Below are positions 12,270 through 25,600 of a stretch of 64,000 nt of DNA, piece after piece (the first letter of the stretch is position 1; the number at the start of each line of letters is the position of its first letter). Origin of the DNA: Phoronis australis. Taxonomy: Eukaryota > Animalia > Phoronida. The stretch lies in NCBI GenBank assembly GCA_002633005.1, contig NMRA01000643.1, forward strand, positions 1-64,000, in the 5' to 3' direction. The notes beneath the pieces were generated by a model, which saw only the letters and a program-made list of their open reading frames with translations, ran no database searches and had not been told where the DNA came from. Both the position numbers and the translations under genes were made by a program.

Positions 12270-12706
12270 TGTGACGGGCGCGCCCTCCTTTTGTGAATTA
12301 TAGAGTTACACTTTCGGGCCACTTTATTATCGACTATTCTTATAGTTGTGTTTCATTACGTCACTCATGTCATGGAGTCACCCACACCTGCATTCGTTTC
12401 GTGTATAAAAAGCGGGCTGCCTGGGGTTTGAAACTCGCTCCAGTCCGATCTCCTAGCAATATTAGTGACGTCTTGTAAGTCTCCTATAGTTTCTTAAAAG
12501 TTTTAGAGTTGCTTAATAGTTTTTGATAAATTCTTTCTCATAACCACTGTTTGTAATTTTCGACAACATCAATAAATAAGAATGTATTTTTAATCAATTC
12601 AAATCTCCTTTTACTCCCGCTTTTTCAATACTTCAAAACAACTGAGCATCTATCCGTCAGGTAGACACCGCGGTCATCCACCACACACATAAAACACAAC
12701 GTTACA
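12270..12706 (+). mobile_element. Probable solo LTR
   Basis: TGTGACG...CGTTACA imperfect inverted ends (TG...CA), with TATAAAAAG at ~12404 and AATAAA at ~12571 in the expected order. No TSD was found. Confidence 0.5.
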
Positions 12707-14174
12707 CAGAACACCAGCGCTACAGTGTTTTCGTCAAATACAATCATTGTACAAACTGAGCGTATCGTCGGCGCTCACTTATTAACTAAGCCACCACCGC
12801 CGTGTATTAACTTAGTGTAACCTGATCACGATAGTGTTTTCTGCACATGCCACTGCGGTATTTTCAGACAAGAAAACAATGACATGTTGTAATATCAGAC
12901 ATCAAAAGCAATCATTGCTCCTTTTGGTGACAGGACTACATTTCTCCTCTTCCCCTTTGTCGTAAATTGTCTCTGAGTATTCACGAAATGTCCGTCGATT
13001 TCTATTACATTTTGTTTGGCAGTTCTGGGCGAGCCGACTGGTGGGCGAGACGGTCTCGCCATCTAGTGACTGTCGCGAGGCAAGGAAAACATCTGTATTC
13101 ATATGAATACGGGCACAATCGAGTACTTTGACTTGCGCTGCGTCCAATAAGAATTATAACTGGTTTCAGGATAAAACAAAGACGTTAATTTGATGAAATT
13201 TAATCCCATACAAAGCAAGCGAGTTCGAGCACAAAGCGGCACTGATTAACAACTAAAACTGGAATTCGAGTATATATGCGTAGATTTTCTCCCAAAAACG
13301 TCCGTCTGGTTACACGCAGAGAGTCGTGGTTAGCTTGGTCAGGCTATAACCAGTCCTGAAAGTACAATTATTTTGATAGAATCACTCGTTGCATATCTCA
13401 CACGTTTAAGTGTGATTTTGTTTTCAAAAAGTACGCGTCTTAAAGGTTTCGGGAACACGAATTCAACTACTCGATTCAACCCCAGATTCAGTTTATCGCC
13501 TATGAGTTTCTATGAATGCTTCATAATGATGATGATTGGGCCAGGGTCTTTCATCTCAAGTCAATAAAAATTGGTCATTGTATAACCACGAACGCCGAGG
13601 CTCAACACTGCAACTCTCAACCTTTTACAACGTCAAGACTAGTAGGCAGGTTTCAGGGCAATGAAAGCTACTCGTTTTATGGAGTGAAAAAAAATCCAAT
13701 GTGACATAATTTGACTATGGACATTGGACAGAATCCAGAATAGACCGTACACCTACCTACATGGAAGGGGAGTCAGCTAGGTGGGGTTTGATATCGTCAT
13801 AGGAAAAAAACGCGTGTCGTGAAAAAAGGTATCCCCAAGAAGATCGTGTAAACGACTTCTGGTGCTAGTCATCGTTTTATAATAATGAAGCAAACATCTA
13901 AGTGAAATGTTAAGAAATACTTGCCTCCTGCTTTACTTTACTTTTTGCTCTTCCAAATACGAGTCCAGCTCGCGTTCAGTTAGCTCGTCGGCATCGTCAT
14001 CATCGTCAAAAACGTCCTCTACAATGGCGCAAAGTGAATTCTTAAACGAAATTATTAGAACATGAAAACGGGAACAACATTAAAGGCTGCGATCATATTT
14101 AATAATAGTTACTTCTGGTCATGCCTCTGATGAACATGTTACTGAAGATGTTAAATTGTACCGTATTGCCGTGC

Positions 14175-14590
14175 CTTTAGGCCCATGAGCCTACATCCGA
14201 AATAATGCCTTTTACGTAGCCCTTTTTACCCAAGTGGTTCGCATATTGACGCATTCGCCAACGTTTCGCAGAAAGCGCAACTAATGTCCCCTGTATAGGA
14301 CTATGCATCAATTCGCATGTAGGCGCATTCGTTTTGACTACCGCTGTGCCTCTTAATGGCAATTGTTTTACGTTTGCCTCAGTATCTCTGGAGTTCCTTG
14401 AATTTTCAAGAAATTTGGTAAATGGTTTTGTATTACTATATTGCATCGCCTTTAGGTCCATGGACTCATGTCCCAAGTAATGCCTTTTGGGGGACTTTTT
14501 CACCAAAGTGATTCGCATATTGGTGCATGTGCCTAAGTTTCGCATTTAAGCGCTGTTCCGCACAAACGTCCATGGACCTAATGACGCGGC
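14175..14590 (-). repeat. Satellite-like dispersed repeat (~275-bp unit, ~1.5 copies)
   Basis: TTTAGG.CCATG...AATGCCTTTT...TTCGCATATTG recurs at ~14176 and ~14451. A close copy is at 57445-57635. It contains the reverse complement of the AATTGCCA.TA.GAGGCACA.CGG motif of the 15.7-19.4 kb array. Confidence 0.7.
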
Positions 14591-14949
14591 AATACGATAA
14601 CAATACATGTACAAGGAATAGTTGTGAAGGAGAGGATGGGTCCTGCACGACCCAGGCCAATATGGCTAATGCACGTACGTCTATAGTCAAGTTGTATTTG
14701 GCTTCATGTCTTACCATTCATTGCTCGTTCTATCATCTGGTCGTCTTGCATGGTGTTTGATTCGTGGAATCCTTCATCAATGAACTCATCTGCAATGCGA
14801 AACTCATAGGTTTAAATTTTCATAACAGGAACGGCTGGCCAGGTGTTCTATTCCACATAATTTATTTGCGGAGGAGGGATGTCGCCGAACATTCAAAATC
14901 CAGACCAAAGCAATGCGTCACCTATCTAGATAATGGGCACCCCGGATAA

Positions 14950-15300
14950 TACCAAATGAGGAAACTCGCTGATCACATCATTTTTCATTCAGTCATGCAA
15001 CCCGGAGCGATGACAGAATTCCGAGATAACCACCCAAGGTGACACTCGACATGGCACAATAGCCAGACGAAACGATAGCCGGGAGAAACAAATCACTCGC
15101 GACGTTACCTGATGGGACCAAATGTTCATCCAAGTTGGCAGAGCCCCCGCACTGCGACAACGGAACCCATAATTCATAAATTTATTCAATACGTAAGTCT
15201 TGAAACCAAAAAATACAAAGTCAATCCAGTTCACTAAAAGTGTCAAAATTACATATTAACCATGCATTATCAATGCTTGTAACACAACACTCACATCCTG
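14950..15300 (-). mobile_element. Possible LTR 3' end/PBS junction of a decayed LTR retrotransposon
   Basis: On the minus strand, AATAAA (~15181-15186) is followed ~60 nt later by ...GAACA|TTTGGTCCCATCAG, i.e. a CA end at 15123 then a TGG-initiated PBS-like tract. The priming tRNA was not identified and no gag/pol is seen. Confidence 0.35.
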
Positions 15301-15679
15301 ACCACCTACACTCTATTAGACCGTGATTCCTTCATCTTTATTCACTACGGCTAGAATTCTGTTCTAATTAGCACTCAATACTCATCATCAGTTTCGTAAG
15401 TTCTGCACCAAATTCTCCGACAATTTTCAGGCAACGCAACATTTGACGGTTTCAAAATGTAACAATCACTGATCACTATCGCCTACCGTAAGACCCCGGT
15501 TCTTTCAAACTCCTCAGAGACATTTCCTTTTCATTTTCCGGAACATACTTCATTATTTCCGAAATGTCGCCGTCTGTCAGCTGAAATTATAACAAAACCA
15601 ACGCGTAGCTTTGACATGCGCACACTGTGTGTATCGCATACATCCCATATACAAAGGATGATTACTATTTCAAACATAT

Positions 15680-18600
15680 CAACTTGAGGGAGCATCAGTT
15701 GTAGTAAACTTGAAATAACCTATGCATGGGGTGCATAGCAAGTCAGTAATGCTCTCTCCTCAATAGAAACACACCTGTCAAGATCATAAACAATAAAACA
15801 CCCACAAGGTGGCCAAATTTCTTTAAAATACGTCAAGGAACTGCAAAGATCCACAGTAAAACGTGGGGAAAAGAAAATTGCCACTGTAAGGGTTACAGCG
15901 GATCCGTCCGAAAGTCGTCATCATCCGTTTTCACCTTTCCACAAGTACATTTGCCAAATATAAGAAAGATTCTGCAGAGGTTTTAGGAGATAGAGCAATT
16001 GACGCAAAACAAAACTGCAAGTAGGAGGTGCCATAAATGTCGGAGCTGTCCGAAAATCATCGCCAGCCGTCCTCTTCCCAGTACGAACATTTATACCAAT
16101 TTTCATATTCAACCGTAAAGTGGTTTGACTGGTAGAAAGGCGGACACCAAAAACTGACTCAAATATAATAAAAACGCGGCCACTACGTGGCACGTGCTCT
16201 ACGTCAAATCCATCTGAAAACAGACAGATGCTCTTTCCTTCTTAGCAGAAACCTATAAATTAAATTCCATAAAAATCTGTCAAGGAACTTCAGAGATACA
16301 GAGGAAAATAGATAACAATTCAACAATAGACGCAACAAAAAACAGCCTCTAGTAGGCGCCACGGAAGACGGAGCCATCCGAAAATCATCGCCAGCCGTCT
16401 TCTACACAGTTAAAACATACAAGCCAATAATGAACCTTATTTGCCAGATTTTAAAGATATTTTCTAAACGGGGCCTTCAAAAATCAAGAATACGGCCGTT
16501 TTTGCTCAAAATATTCTAAAGAGTCGATAATTAAAAAACTAAGACCTATTTCAAAAATCTGAGGCAAAGTTCCCTCGAAAATGCCGTTATCAACATTTTG
16601 ACAAAAGACAAATATGATTGGACGAACAATAACTTTAAAATGTCTATTCAAAGTCAAAAAAAATACTAAAAACGCATAGTCTCGTGAAAAAATCTAGACA
16701 AGTGGAATAATAATTTTGTGAGGAAACTTATTCGCCTTTCATAAAATATATACTTTGCAGGAGTTAGATCAGACAGACTTTAAGATATATGCACATAAGT
16801 GAAACCTGGTAAACAAGGTATATAGTGGTTTGGCTGACTCCAAAAACAAACTAGAAAACGGTAAAATGGCCGCTAGGTGGCGCAAAATACCTAGAATCCA
16901 TTCAAAAACAGGAAAGTGACGTCATCTCACTTATTTGCTATATTTTATGAAAATCCGTAAAGGAACACCAAAGGTACATAAATAAACGTAAAAATAAAAC
17001 TGCCCCATACACGGGACACACCAGTAGTCTGATCCGTCCGAAAATCCGTCTATCCATAAAAAAGAACATATTTGCAAAATTCCATGAGTTTTAGAAATAT
17101 AGCAGCTAGCAGATGCTGGACACCAGATGCCGGCACATAAAAATATTAGCTATTATTTAATTTTTATGATTCGATAAACAAATCCCGTTAATTCAATTTA
17201 CACATTTTCAAATCATTGTTTACAAAACAAGATCTACTAAACATCCAGTGGATATGGTGGGGACTATGGAACGATTGTCTTGGTACGTACGTTTCATACC
17301 AGGACTTGAGGAAGGCACTGTTCTGAAACAATTATATTACCTTGACTGAGCCATATTTGGTCTAATTTACAATGCCGATATAAAGGGACATCGTCCCTCT
17401 GGCTCTTTTTAGACATTGCCGGTTCAGACACCGGTCCTCAACTGTTTGGTAATCCGACACACTCCGCTGATAAACGTGTCCACATTGTAGAGAATCCGGT
17501 ACCCAACCGGCATATACCACTAGCACCAAAATGTTGAACATATTTAATTTTCGTGAAAGTCTTGACAGTTTCCAATAGACTCTGTTCATTCGTTTCGGTA
17601 ATAGCCTTGACTGTCATCAAACCGTTCGCTTGCGTGTTGGCACCGTGTACAACCGTTGTCAACTGCCATCCATATTTTTCTCTAGAGAAAATTTGTCATT
17701 ATACGGATACTCGAACACGATGTGAACACAGGAGCAACACGGTTCAAGTTTAACATTGCAGTTTCCTAAGTAGTGACATTATGGATACACCACAAAATCA
17801 CCACACGGTGTTACTGCGATTGACGCAAAGCATTCCAAAGCAGTGGCCCGCGGCTATCCTCAGGTGCAGCAGCCAGTCATTCTACTCAGTGCCATATTTA
17901 CGCTTGGAGGCCGAAGCACTATTCTTTAACGTAATTCTTAAACAAGAACAATAGGCGGAGCGGGCGCTCACGACTACACCGCAAACAGTTAGCTCCTAGG
18001 CGTGTTTTCAATTATCATAAAAATGACTATTAAATGACACATACACCAAAACTCGTTCGAAATAGGGAAGGTGTCGCGAACTCTCTAATACAAAAATACT
18101 TTCCAAATCACTTGAAAATACGCGAAGTAACTGCAAATGATAAAGAGGCGAACGTAAACATGGCATTCGGAGGCACAGCGGTAATATGATATCTACATCT
18201 GTTGTAAAATTTCAACTTATTAACTTACTGAAATAAGAATACAATTGCTAAATTCTGACCTTGGTAGGAGTTTACTACATATTCAGATGCAAAACATGTC
18301 CCAAGGGGACACCACAACAGTTGGACTTGTCTGAAAATCTACACAAGTCGTGCTCTTATCACTAGGGTTACATAAGCCAATTTCCATAACTATGTTCTTA
18401 ATGGTTTAGCACATACACGTCAGGAAGACTATAAAAACACACGGACATAATTGAAATGGTTTAGTACGTGGCGTAAAATACACTGTACGTCGATCACACC
18501 CCATAAGTAAACTGTGCTGTCGTCTTCACAATAGGAACTTTTTTGACAAATTTCACGAAGAAACATCGCGAAACTCTGAAGATAAAGAGGCAAACGTAAA

Positions 18601-19460
18601 CACTAAAATTGCCACTAGGAGGCACAACGGTTGTCAGAGCCGTCCAAAACGTCATGGGCATTTATAGGAGAACACCTACAAAGTTCGCAGAGATCCTACA
18701 AAAACCAGGAGCTATGGAAGCTATGGTCGTAAAAATACAAAATCATCACTAGAGACGCCTCAGTTGTCAAGAACACATCCGCCGTTTTATTATTTGAGCA
18801 CCTTGGCGGACGCCAAAAACGAACTAAAAATCATAAAAAGGCCATTAAGTGGCACAGAATGCCTCGAATCCGTCCGAAAATGGAAAGGTATCGCTGTCTT
18901 CTTAAAACAAACTTATAAAATCCAAAAGATACAGAGGCAAACGTGAAAACTAAAATTAGCACTAAGATACAGCTGTTGTCCAGTTGGTCTGAAACTCATT
19001 GGCATCTGTTGCCATGTACATGTACATAGGAGTACACTTGCGAAATAGCCAATCCGCCCGAAAATGGGAAGGCGTCGTCATCTCCGTAATAGAAACCTAT
19101 TTGCAGAATTTCACGAAAATACAATAATAAACTCCGAAAATACAGAGGCAAACGGCAAAAAAAAACACAAAAATTTGCCACTGGAGGGCACAGCAGTTCG
19201 ACACTCGTAGCGTTTGTTGTTACTTCCATAAGAGCACATCCGTCAAATTTCACAAAACTCCCTTCAAAGGTTAAGGAGACTCAGCTGCGCTGCAGACACA
19301 ATAAAAAACAAAATCGCCCAGTCCGAAAGTCAACTTCAGTCGTGGCCTTCTAACCAGGAACGCATCTACAAATTTCCATAATGATCTTTTGAGGGGTTTG
19401 GCAACTAGAGATGGACACCAAAAATAGACTCAAAAACAACAAAAATGGCCCAAGTTGCCG
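15680..19460 (+). repeat. Long degenerate array of a satellite-like/Helentron-associated repeat
   Basis: Recurring motifs AAAAT(T/G)GCCACTAG(G/A)GG(C/T)GC, TCCGTCCGAAAATC, (T)ACAGAGGCAAACGTAAA and ATAGAAAC(A)CCTAT. One block ends GGCACATAAAAA at ~17140. Confidence 0.65.
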
Positions 19461-19889
19461 AAATGCCGGGCATCATTTTCAAGCAGTGTTTAACTCAAAT
19501 GGTTCGCGTATAGGTTCATGCGCCTAATTCTGAATACAGACACAGCTTCATATGAAGGAAAAGTGTGGTGATGGAATCAATGGTGACTCTTTTTTTCTTT
19601 TTTTGTAATCAATCCTTTAATATCAAAGGTACCTTTTTAGAGGAGGCAACAACTGATATTCCAGCGCTAGCACGGTGGCTGAGCGCCTTTTTACACTGTG
19701 AAAGTGATTGTGCACGGTCCATTTCAAACCGCCAAGACAATGGGGCTATTCGGAGAATTCTCCTCGCGGTGTCGCTGCTGTACTAGTGGTGATAGAATTG
19801 CGCATGCGTCGCGGTCTGCATGTAAACCGTTGGTAAAAAGACGGATTGTTATCAAAATACGTCGTCGCGCTAAGCCTTATTATTGATAT

Positions 19890-20042
19890 TTTCTCTGGTG
19901 CAAGTCTCCGACAGGTAGTCACAAATTCCCAAAAGACCCAACTTTACTACATTCGTGGAGAATTGCGGTCAAAAGGGTCAACCAACTGAGAAAAAGTGTG
20001 TGGATGCCGAAGCCCCATTGGGAGACTACATAACGTTACTTG
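19890..20042 (+). pseudogene. THAP-domain fragment of the ISL2EU-type transposase
   Basis: CKSPTGSHKFPKDPTLLHSWRIAVKRVNQLRKSVWMP matches the THAP HxFPKD...W...xR...WxP pattern. The CxxHF segment is missing. A GTAAGT donor follows at ~20043. Confidence 0.75.
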
Positions 20043-20119
20043 GTAAGTTTTTAAATTTTAGCAATCAAGTTTCTATCAACATCGTTCGGTGATGTTATCC
20101 CCACCAGTTACCCCCAATG

Positions 20120-20427
20120 AATAACGGGTTTATTGAATGGAACTAAGTGTTTCTTTTCGGAAACTCACCCGGGACTCGGATGCCGGGTAGGCTAGCACCA
20201 CATATTCACATATTGTCCTGGGTGGGAATGCGCCCAGTATAAGAGGTGTATGGTACGTGAAGAAGTCATGGGTGACTTTTTCACTGCAGTTTCTCTTCAG
20301 AGCTATGCTATGTCCAATAAAATTCTCTAGATGAGTGAGTTTGCTTGTTTTATAGCGGACCCCTCCCCCAGGACTACCAGATTAGTTACCGAATTAACAT
20401 GAATCAGCTATTCAGTAAACGCCATAA
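20120..20427. mobile_element. MITE-like insertion nested in the ISL2EU-type element
   Basis: Imperfect inverted ends TAACGGGTTTATTGAATGG / CTATTCAGTAAACGCCATA. Confidence 0.45.
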
Positions 20428-21819
20428 CATTGCATTGGAATAAAAATTGACACCTAGAATGAATTTTACTTGAGGTCAGAAGCACATTTTAGGTGTCGTG
20501 AAAAATGCACATTGTTAAATCACTTTTAGCCTGTTTCACATATTTTAATTCAGATCTTAAATAAGTCTTGGGTACAAAGATTATTAGTTTCTACATATAA
20601 ACATGAAGATGAAACGTCAAGTATGTTCTGCCTTAGTAAAGTAGTTTTGTCTTGTGTTTTCTTTTATAATTTGCTAGTATTTCTCTGACTATTCTGTTAC
20701 AGGTGAGAGAAAATGACTGAAACCAGCCGGCTGACTGTCTATTTTACCTTTGGACAAAGTGAAAAGTAATCCTTCAGCAACAACCTGAGAGAATTGAACT
20801 TAATTCAGAAATTCAGGCCTTGATATGCCTGATTATGGACTCCGTTGCATGGAAAAATTACAATTGTCTTTAACAATGTTGTTTCTTTGTATGTATGTGG
20901 TTGTTCAGTTTGCCATATTGTTTTTTAAATAACACTGATAATTGTTTATTCTCGAATCTTGTGCATACCAGATTCTTATCCAGCTAGCTACAATTGAAAA
21001 GTAACATACTTTTCTTGCATGTGGAACTTTTGTTGTGGACAAGTTAACACAAAACTTAAAATTGTTCAAAGGCCTTCTTAAGAAAGCCATAAAAATAATT
21101 ACACACACAAACAAATCAAATGCAATCAAAGGGGATACTTCATTTTGATCGCTGCACATTTCTAGAGGTCAACAGGAAAATGAAAATTCTCAAGCGTAAT
21201 CGGTAATCATTTCAGCTTTATTAAAGATTATGTTATGTATGGGCTTTAAAATTGAGGAAATATTGTGGTTTCAATAGTTAGTGACAAAATTGCCTGTTGA
21301 TGAAAAATTTATTCGATCATCAAAGTGTAACATTAACGGGCTTTCTACTGACAATAAGACAATCGATGCAGTCATTGAATGTTATTTCCCCATAATGTGT
21401 ACCAAATTGAAAAGTTTTTACCATTATTACAAAGTCGTTCTTCTGAAAGAAAAAGTTAATGTCACTCAGTAAGAAAGGACAGGTATTTATACCAGATGCT
21501 TTTGGTTTTCATTTCACAGGGATCTAGTTTCAATGGCCTATAGAAGCGCTTGTAAAAAAAGGTCCAACTTCGGCACGTGGCTTTCCTTCAGCTTACCTCA
21601 TTCAGCCTCAGTAACATGTACAATTAGATCCTTGAAGGTAAACACAACAGCATATCACTTGTCTCGTTCTGTGCTCAAAATCTGACCCTGAACTAGACCA
21701 GAGTGTCACTAGGTCTTCTTTAGCTTCAATCCCTTATGTTTCTTCTTATGTTGTCCACACATGACTTATTGCCTATGAAAGGGCATCCTCACCATCGAGG
21801 CTGACTTGTGTAGCAGTCA

Positions 21820-22656
21820 GATATAGTTCCTCTTCATACACAAACAATCCACTGACACGTTGTCATATGGTAACTTCGTACTGCGATTCACATTTCTCCA
21901 GGGCCACTGACTTGTACATTGTGCCATGCAGCACTGCTGGTGTGTGGAAGTGCTGTGGGAAGAGAAAGGAGTAACAAAGCTTGTTCGTTGTCTCCGATGT
22001 AGAAAGTAGGCTTCAACAACAGATCTGCATTGGATGGGAAGATCTTGCTGGTTAGCAGCAATCAACTGCCTAAAACCAATTTTTGTCCATTCAGGGTCGA
22101 TGCAGAAGCGATGTATATCTCTTCTGCACGGTACAAGCCCTAAAACCTAAAAGCCAAAGGTCACGTGAAAACAGACATTATAGATTTCCATTTCAACGAG
22201 TAATAGATTTCCGTAAGATATAGGATAGGGAGTAAACAAATAGTCTAATGGATATTTGTCACGTACCCTTTGCCATGGAATTGGGCCTGGATTGTAATCT
22301 TAACGCACTAACCAATATCGAGTTAACAGCATAAACATTCAGCATTCATTGTTGTAACTGTCTCTGATAAACCTGTTAGAAATCATTCCAAACAATAATA
22401 TGCTTTCATGTACGAAAAGATCCTGCTACGTCAAGTATCGTAACAACAAACAAAGATTAACCCGACAAGCGACTGCCGCGAAGTCGACATCGGCGAGTAC
22501 CTCAGTTAACAGGCATCTGTAGAATAAACATGGAATAATCGTTAAAATAATCATAAACCTTACCTTTGTATAAGGTCGTTCTTACTTCCTCTCATAGAAG
22601 CACCCTTTTCATGCAATCTCAGATTCAGTTGGCACGGCAACAAGCCATTTCACCAT
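21820..22656 (-). pseudogene. SAP + YqaJ (lambda-exonuclease-like) accessory gene remnant
   Basis: Exon ~22656-22564 reads LLPCQLNLRLHEKGASMRGSKNDLIQ(R)|GTAAGG (SAP-like L...GA...GxKxDLIxR). ~21945-21820 reads TPAVLHGTMYKSVALEKCESQYEVTI*QRVSGLFVYEEELYL (YqaJ-like A.xHG..YE..A...GLFV....YL). Both carry stops and frameshifts. Confidence 0.7.
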
Positions 22657-25600
22657 GTATTTAAAGGGCTCGCGAATTGAAGTCGAGGCTGTTAATCTAT
22701 CACCACTAGTACACGCGCGCCCTCTAGTTAATGTAAATTTTCCGAATAGCCCCATTGAACATGTTTATTTTTTGACGGTAGCCGGAGGTCACCTCGGTTC
22801 ATTGCGGATTCATGCCTGATGAGTAGGGATTTTATACTGTGTTAATACGTTGGCCTCGACGTTGCGTGGTGTATTGTCGCGGTGTCGCTGTCACTTGGAC
22901 ACGGTTGAGGACGGATTGCTGAACCGCGATTGTCTGCATGCCTTCTCAGAACCGGCAATGTGCGAAAGGGTCCCTTGAACGTCGGCTGGTGTCACGTTTG
23001 GGCATTCATTCAGGGTTCACATGTTGACCATCATGCGTAGAACATGCAGGCTGAACCGTGAGTCCGGCAGGTGTGACACTCTTTCCACTGAGCTAGATAT
23101 GAGCGTTATGCAACACTTCTTGAACAACGGTGTCCAAAAGTTAGGGTCATGTTTAAATTGTAATATAGCTCGCTTTTTACTCACTTCTCTCTTGCCATAG
23201 GCGCTGACGCGTCTACAGATTTTGCATGGCGTTGAAAAGTACCGTCTGTAGCGACATACGTATCTGCACATTCTGGGGCTGAAATGAAAAACCGTGAGAC
23301 CTGGCTGTTTTACGGGATTCAGAGTCTATATGTACGTGACCAGGGGTCTGTTTCGTGAAACGTGACTTAAGACTTAAGGACAGATATTTGGTATAACGCT
23401 CCACATAACTATTTATGAAAAAATAACTAAATCTCACCTGAGCACCTTGGGCTAAATCTCTGAGAATATACACATAAATGCTAATCGTTGTAGAGAAAAT
23501 TTCTATTAACTGTCTCTAGATTGTGATACGATCATGATTACTAAGACAAACCTTTGGTTAGCAATTGTGAAGTGCCGGGAACGTATGTTCACATATCTGA
23601 AACGGACCCCAAGCCATTGACCGAATTATTAGCAAGCGTGAGTCCTGAGGCGTTTTCCGTAACTTGAGTGATGCAAGACACTCGCTAGAAACTTGGCGTA
23701 TGGAACGGAAATGTTGAGTTACGACCTAGGACTATATATTACTCCCCAGGTTACGACTAACAGCTCATTTCTCCCATATTCAGGATCTTCGTCGTTCAAT
23801 GACTTCAGCGACGGCCATTCTCCTAGTCTGCGTTAGTAAATAGGCCTCGGGCTCACTCGCGAAACTCGCCTTTCACTCGCGTAATATCGCCAAATTCTTA
23901 AGAAACTCGATCGCTTTTATGGAAAAGTGTGGTAAACATATATAGTTCCCATAAGCGAGACAAGTCCACCATTAGACAGACCTACTCGTACTTCTAATTT
24001 TGTTTCTGTATTACAGGTTCCTTCAGAGCCAACAAACCAATGATGAGTTGAGGATAGGATTCTTTTTGATATGTCAGTTACACCAGCGATGTGTTCCGCA
24101 AAACAGAATTTCTTGAATCTTTGGCGATATTATACGAGACCATGCAAGGTCACTCGAGTGAATAGGGAACTTTTCATATTGGTGCTCTCTTAAGAGTAAT
24201 GAGACGGAGAAAGCGTCTTCTGCTTTATTTGATGGACAGAACGCAGGCCGACGAATTTCCTAATTATTTCTAACCATATATGAAACAAAGGTTGGACACT
24301 GAAATTTTGCTGATCCAGCCTAAGCTCCGAACTTCAATTGCGCCAAATTCAAATAAAATCTGCTTGCACCTCCCTCAGACTCAGCTGGTACTGCATCACC
24401 CTTGAAGCCTTATCTCCTCTTGATGCCTTTATATTGTCCTTATGAGTGGAACTGGCAACGGAATTTCCAAAACAAACTCAAAACTCTTAAATGCAAAGAG
24501 GCTGAATAGTTAACATGACGGATTTCAGTTGTGCTTTCACTTACGTGTAATTTGCTTCTTCTCGGTGCTCATTTTATCATTTAATATAGAATTTCATTGT
24601 AAGAACTGAAGTATTTTATGTTTGATATTGACATTGTGCGCTACTCTTGGTTGAAGCACAACAGGCACTCGGCTTTTGACGGAAATTTTCCCTTGTGTGA
24701 CTGCACTTTAATCGCGGAAAATCACCTATTGGCAACTACCGGATTTTGCAGTGGGCTAACTTTACTAGCCAGCAACCCGTGGTTCTTCAGTTATAGACAA
24801 CGTTATTTTACAAACCAGAATTTAAATACATTCAAATTGACGCCAAATTATGTCGAGTGCACTCAAATAACATTCGTGGGCGCGCGAAGACAGACTTTCC
24901 TAATTACTTCTGGAGCGTCCGTGAAAAATCCGGATTTATACGAAGGTCATCCGCTATGACGTCATAAAATAGCTTCTTTGAAGTTGTGATTTTGGTATTT
25001 TCTTGACATTTTTGTCATCAAGTCAACACTCGAAGGCAATTCGATGTGATCAATCGAAAGATGGCATTAAAAAAATCGAAGAGCTCCATGCACATTTGAG
25101 TAGAAACTTCTGAACATATTAATTTTTAGTGTCCAACCATTATACTTTATTGCAGTGAGTGGTGTCAGTCGAGGAACAAACAAACTCAAGGGCCTGTGGG
25201 ACAGAATACCACTGCTTCATCTTAGAGGGTCGTTAATTTAAACACAGAGAGAATAAATCCCATTGTCAACCCCTCCGATTGTTCGATAACGTTAAGTTCA
25301 CTAATTCATTTTATTTTTTAACATCGGCCGGGATCGAAATTATACCGCTTTATCAGTCGCCGCCACTGACTAGGCTACAGCCGCGGCCGATTCTTCGCCA
25401 CAGTGGGAAATGTATGGGACATGATTTACTCCATTCTTGGATATTTCAAGAGGTTTGTCTTTTTCAGTAAGTTGTCAGTATATCCCACCGCACATCAATG
25501 AAAAATTGTCGGCATTGTGATAGCAAGAAAGGTCTTAAAACGCTGTTTATACCACTAGATTGAAAACTGCCGTCAGCACTACACGGGATCTGTAGGTGGC

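Larger units (their letters stand above)
19742..22753. mobile_element. ISL2EU-type (Harbinger-related) DNA transposon, decayed
   Basis: Left AT|GGGGCTATTCGGAGAATT...TGTACTAGTGGTGATAGA. The right end, reverse-complemented, is AT|GGGGCTATTCGGAAAATT...TGTACTAGTGGTGATAGA. AT flanks at 19740-19741 and 22754-22755. It encloses convergent THAP (plus) and SAP/YqaJ (minus) remnants. Confidence 0.85.
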
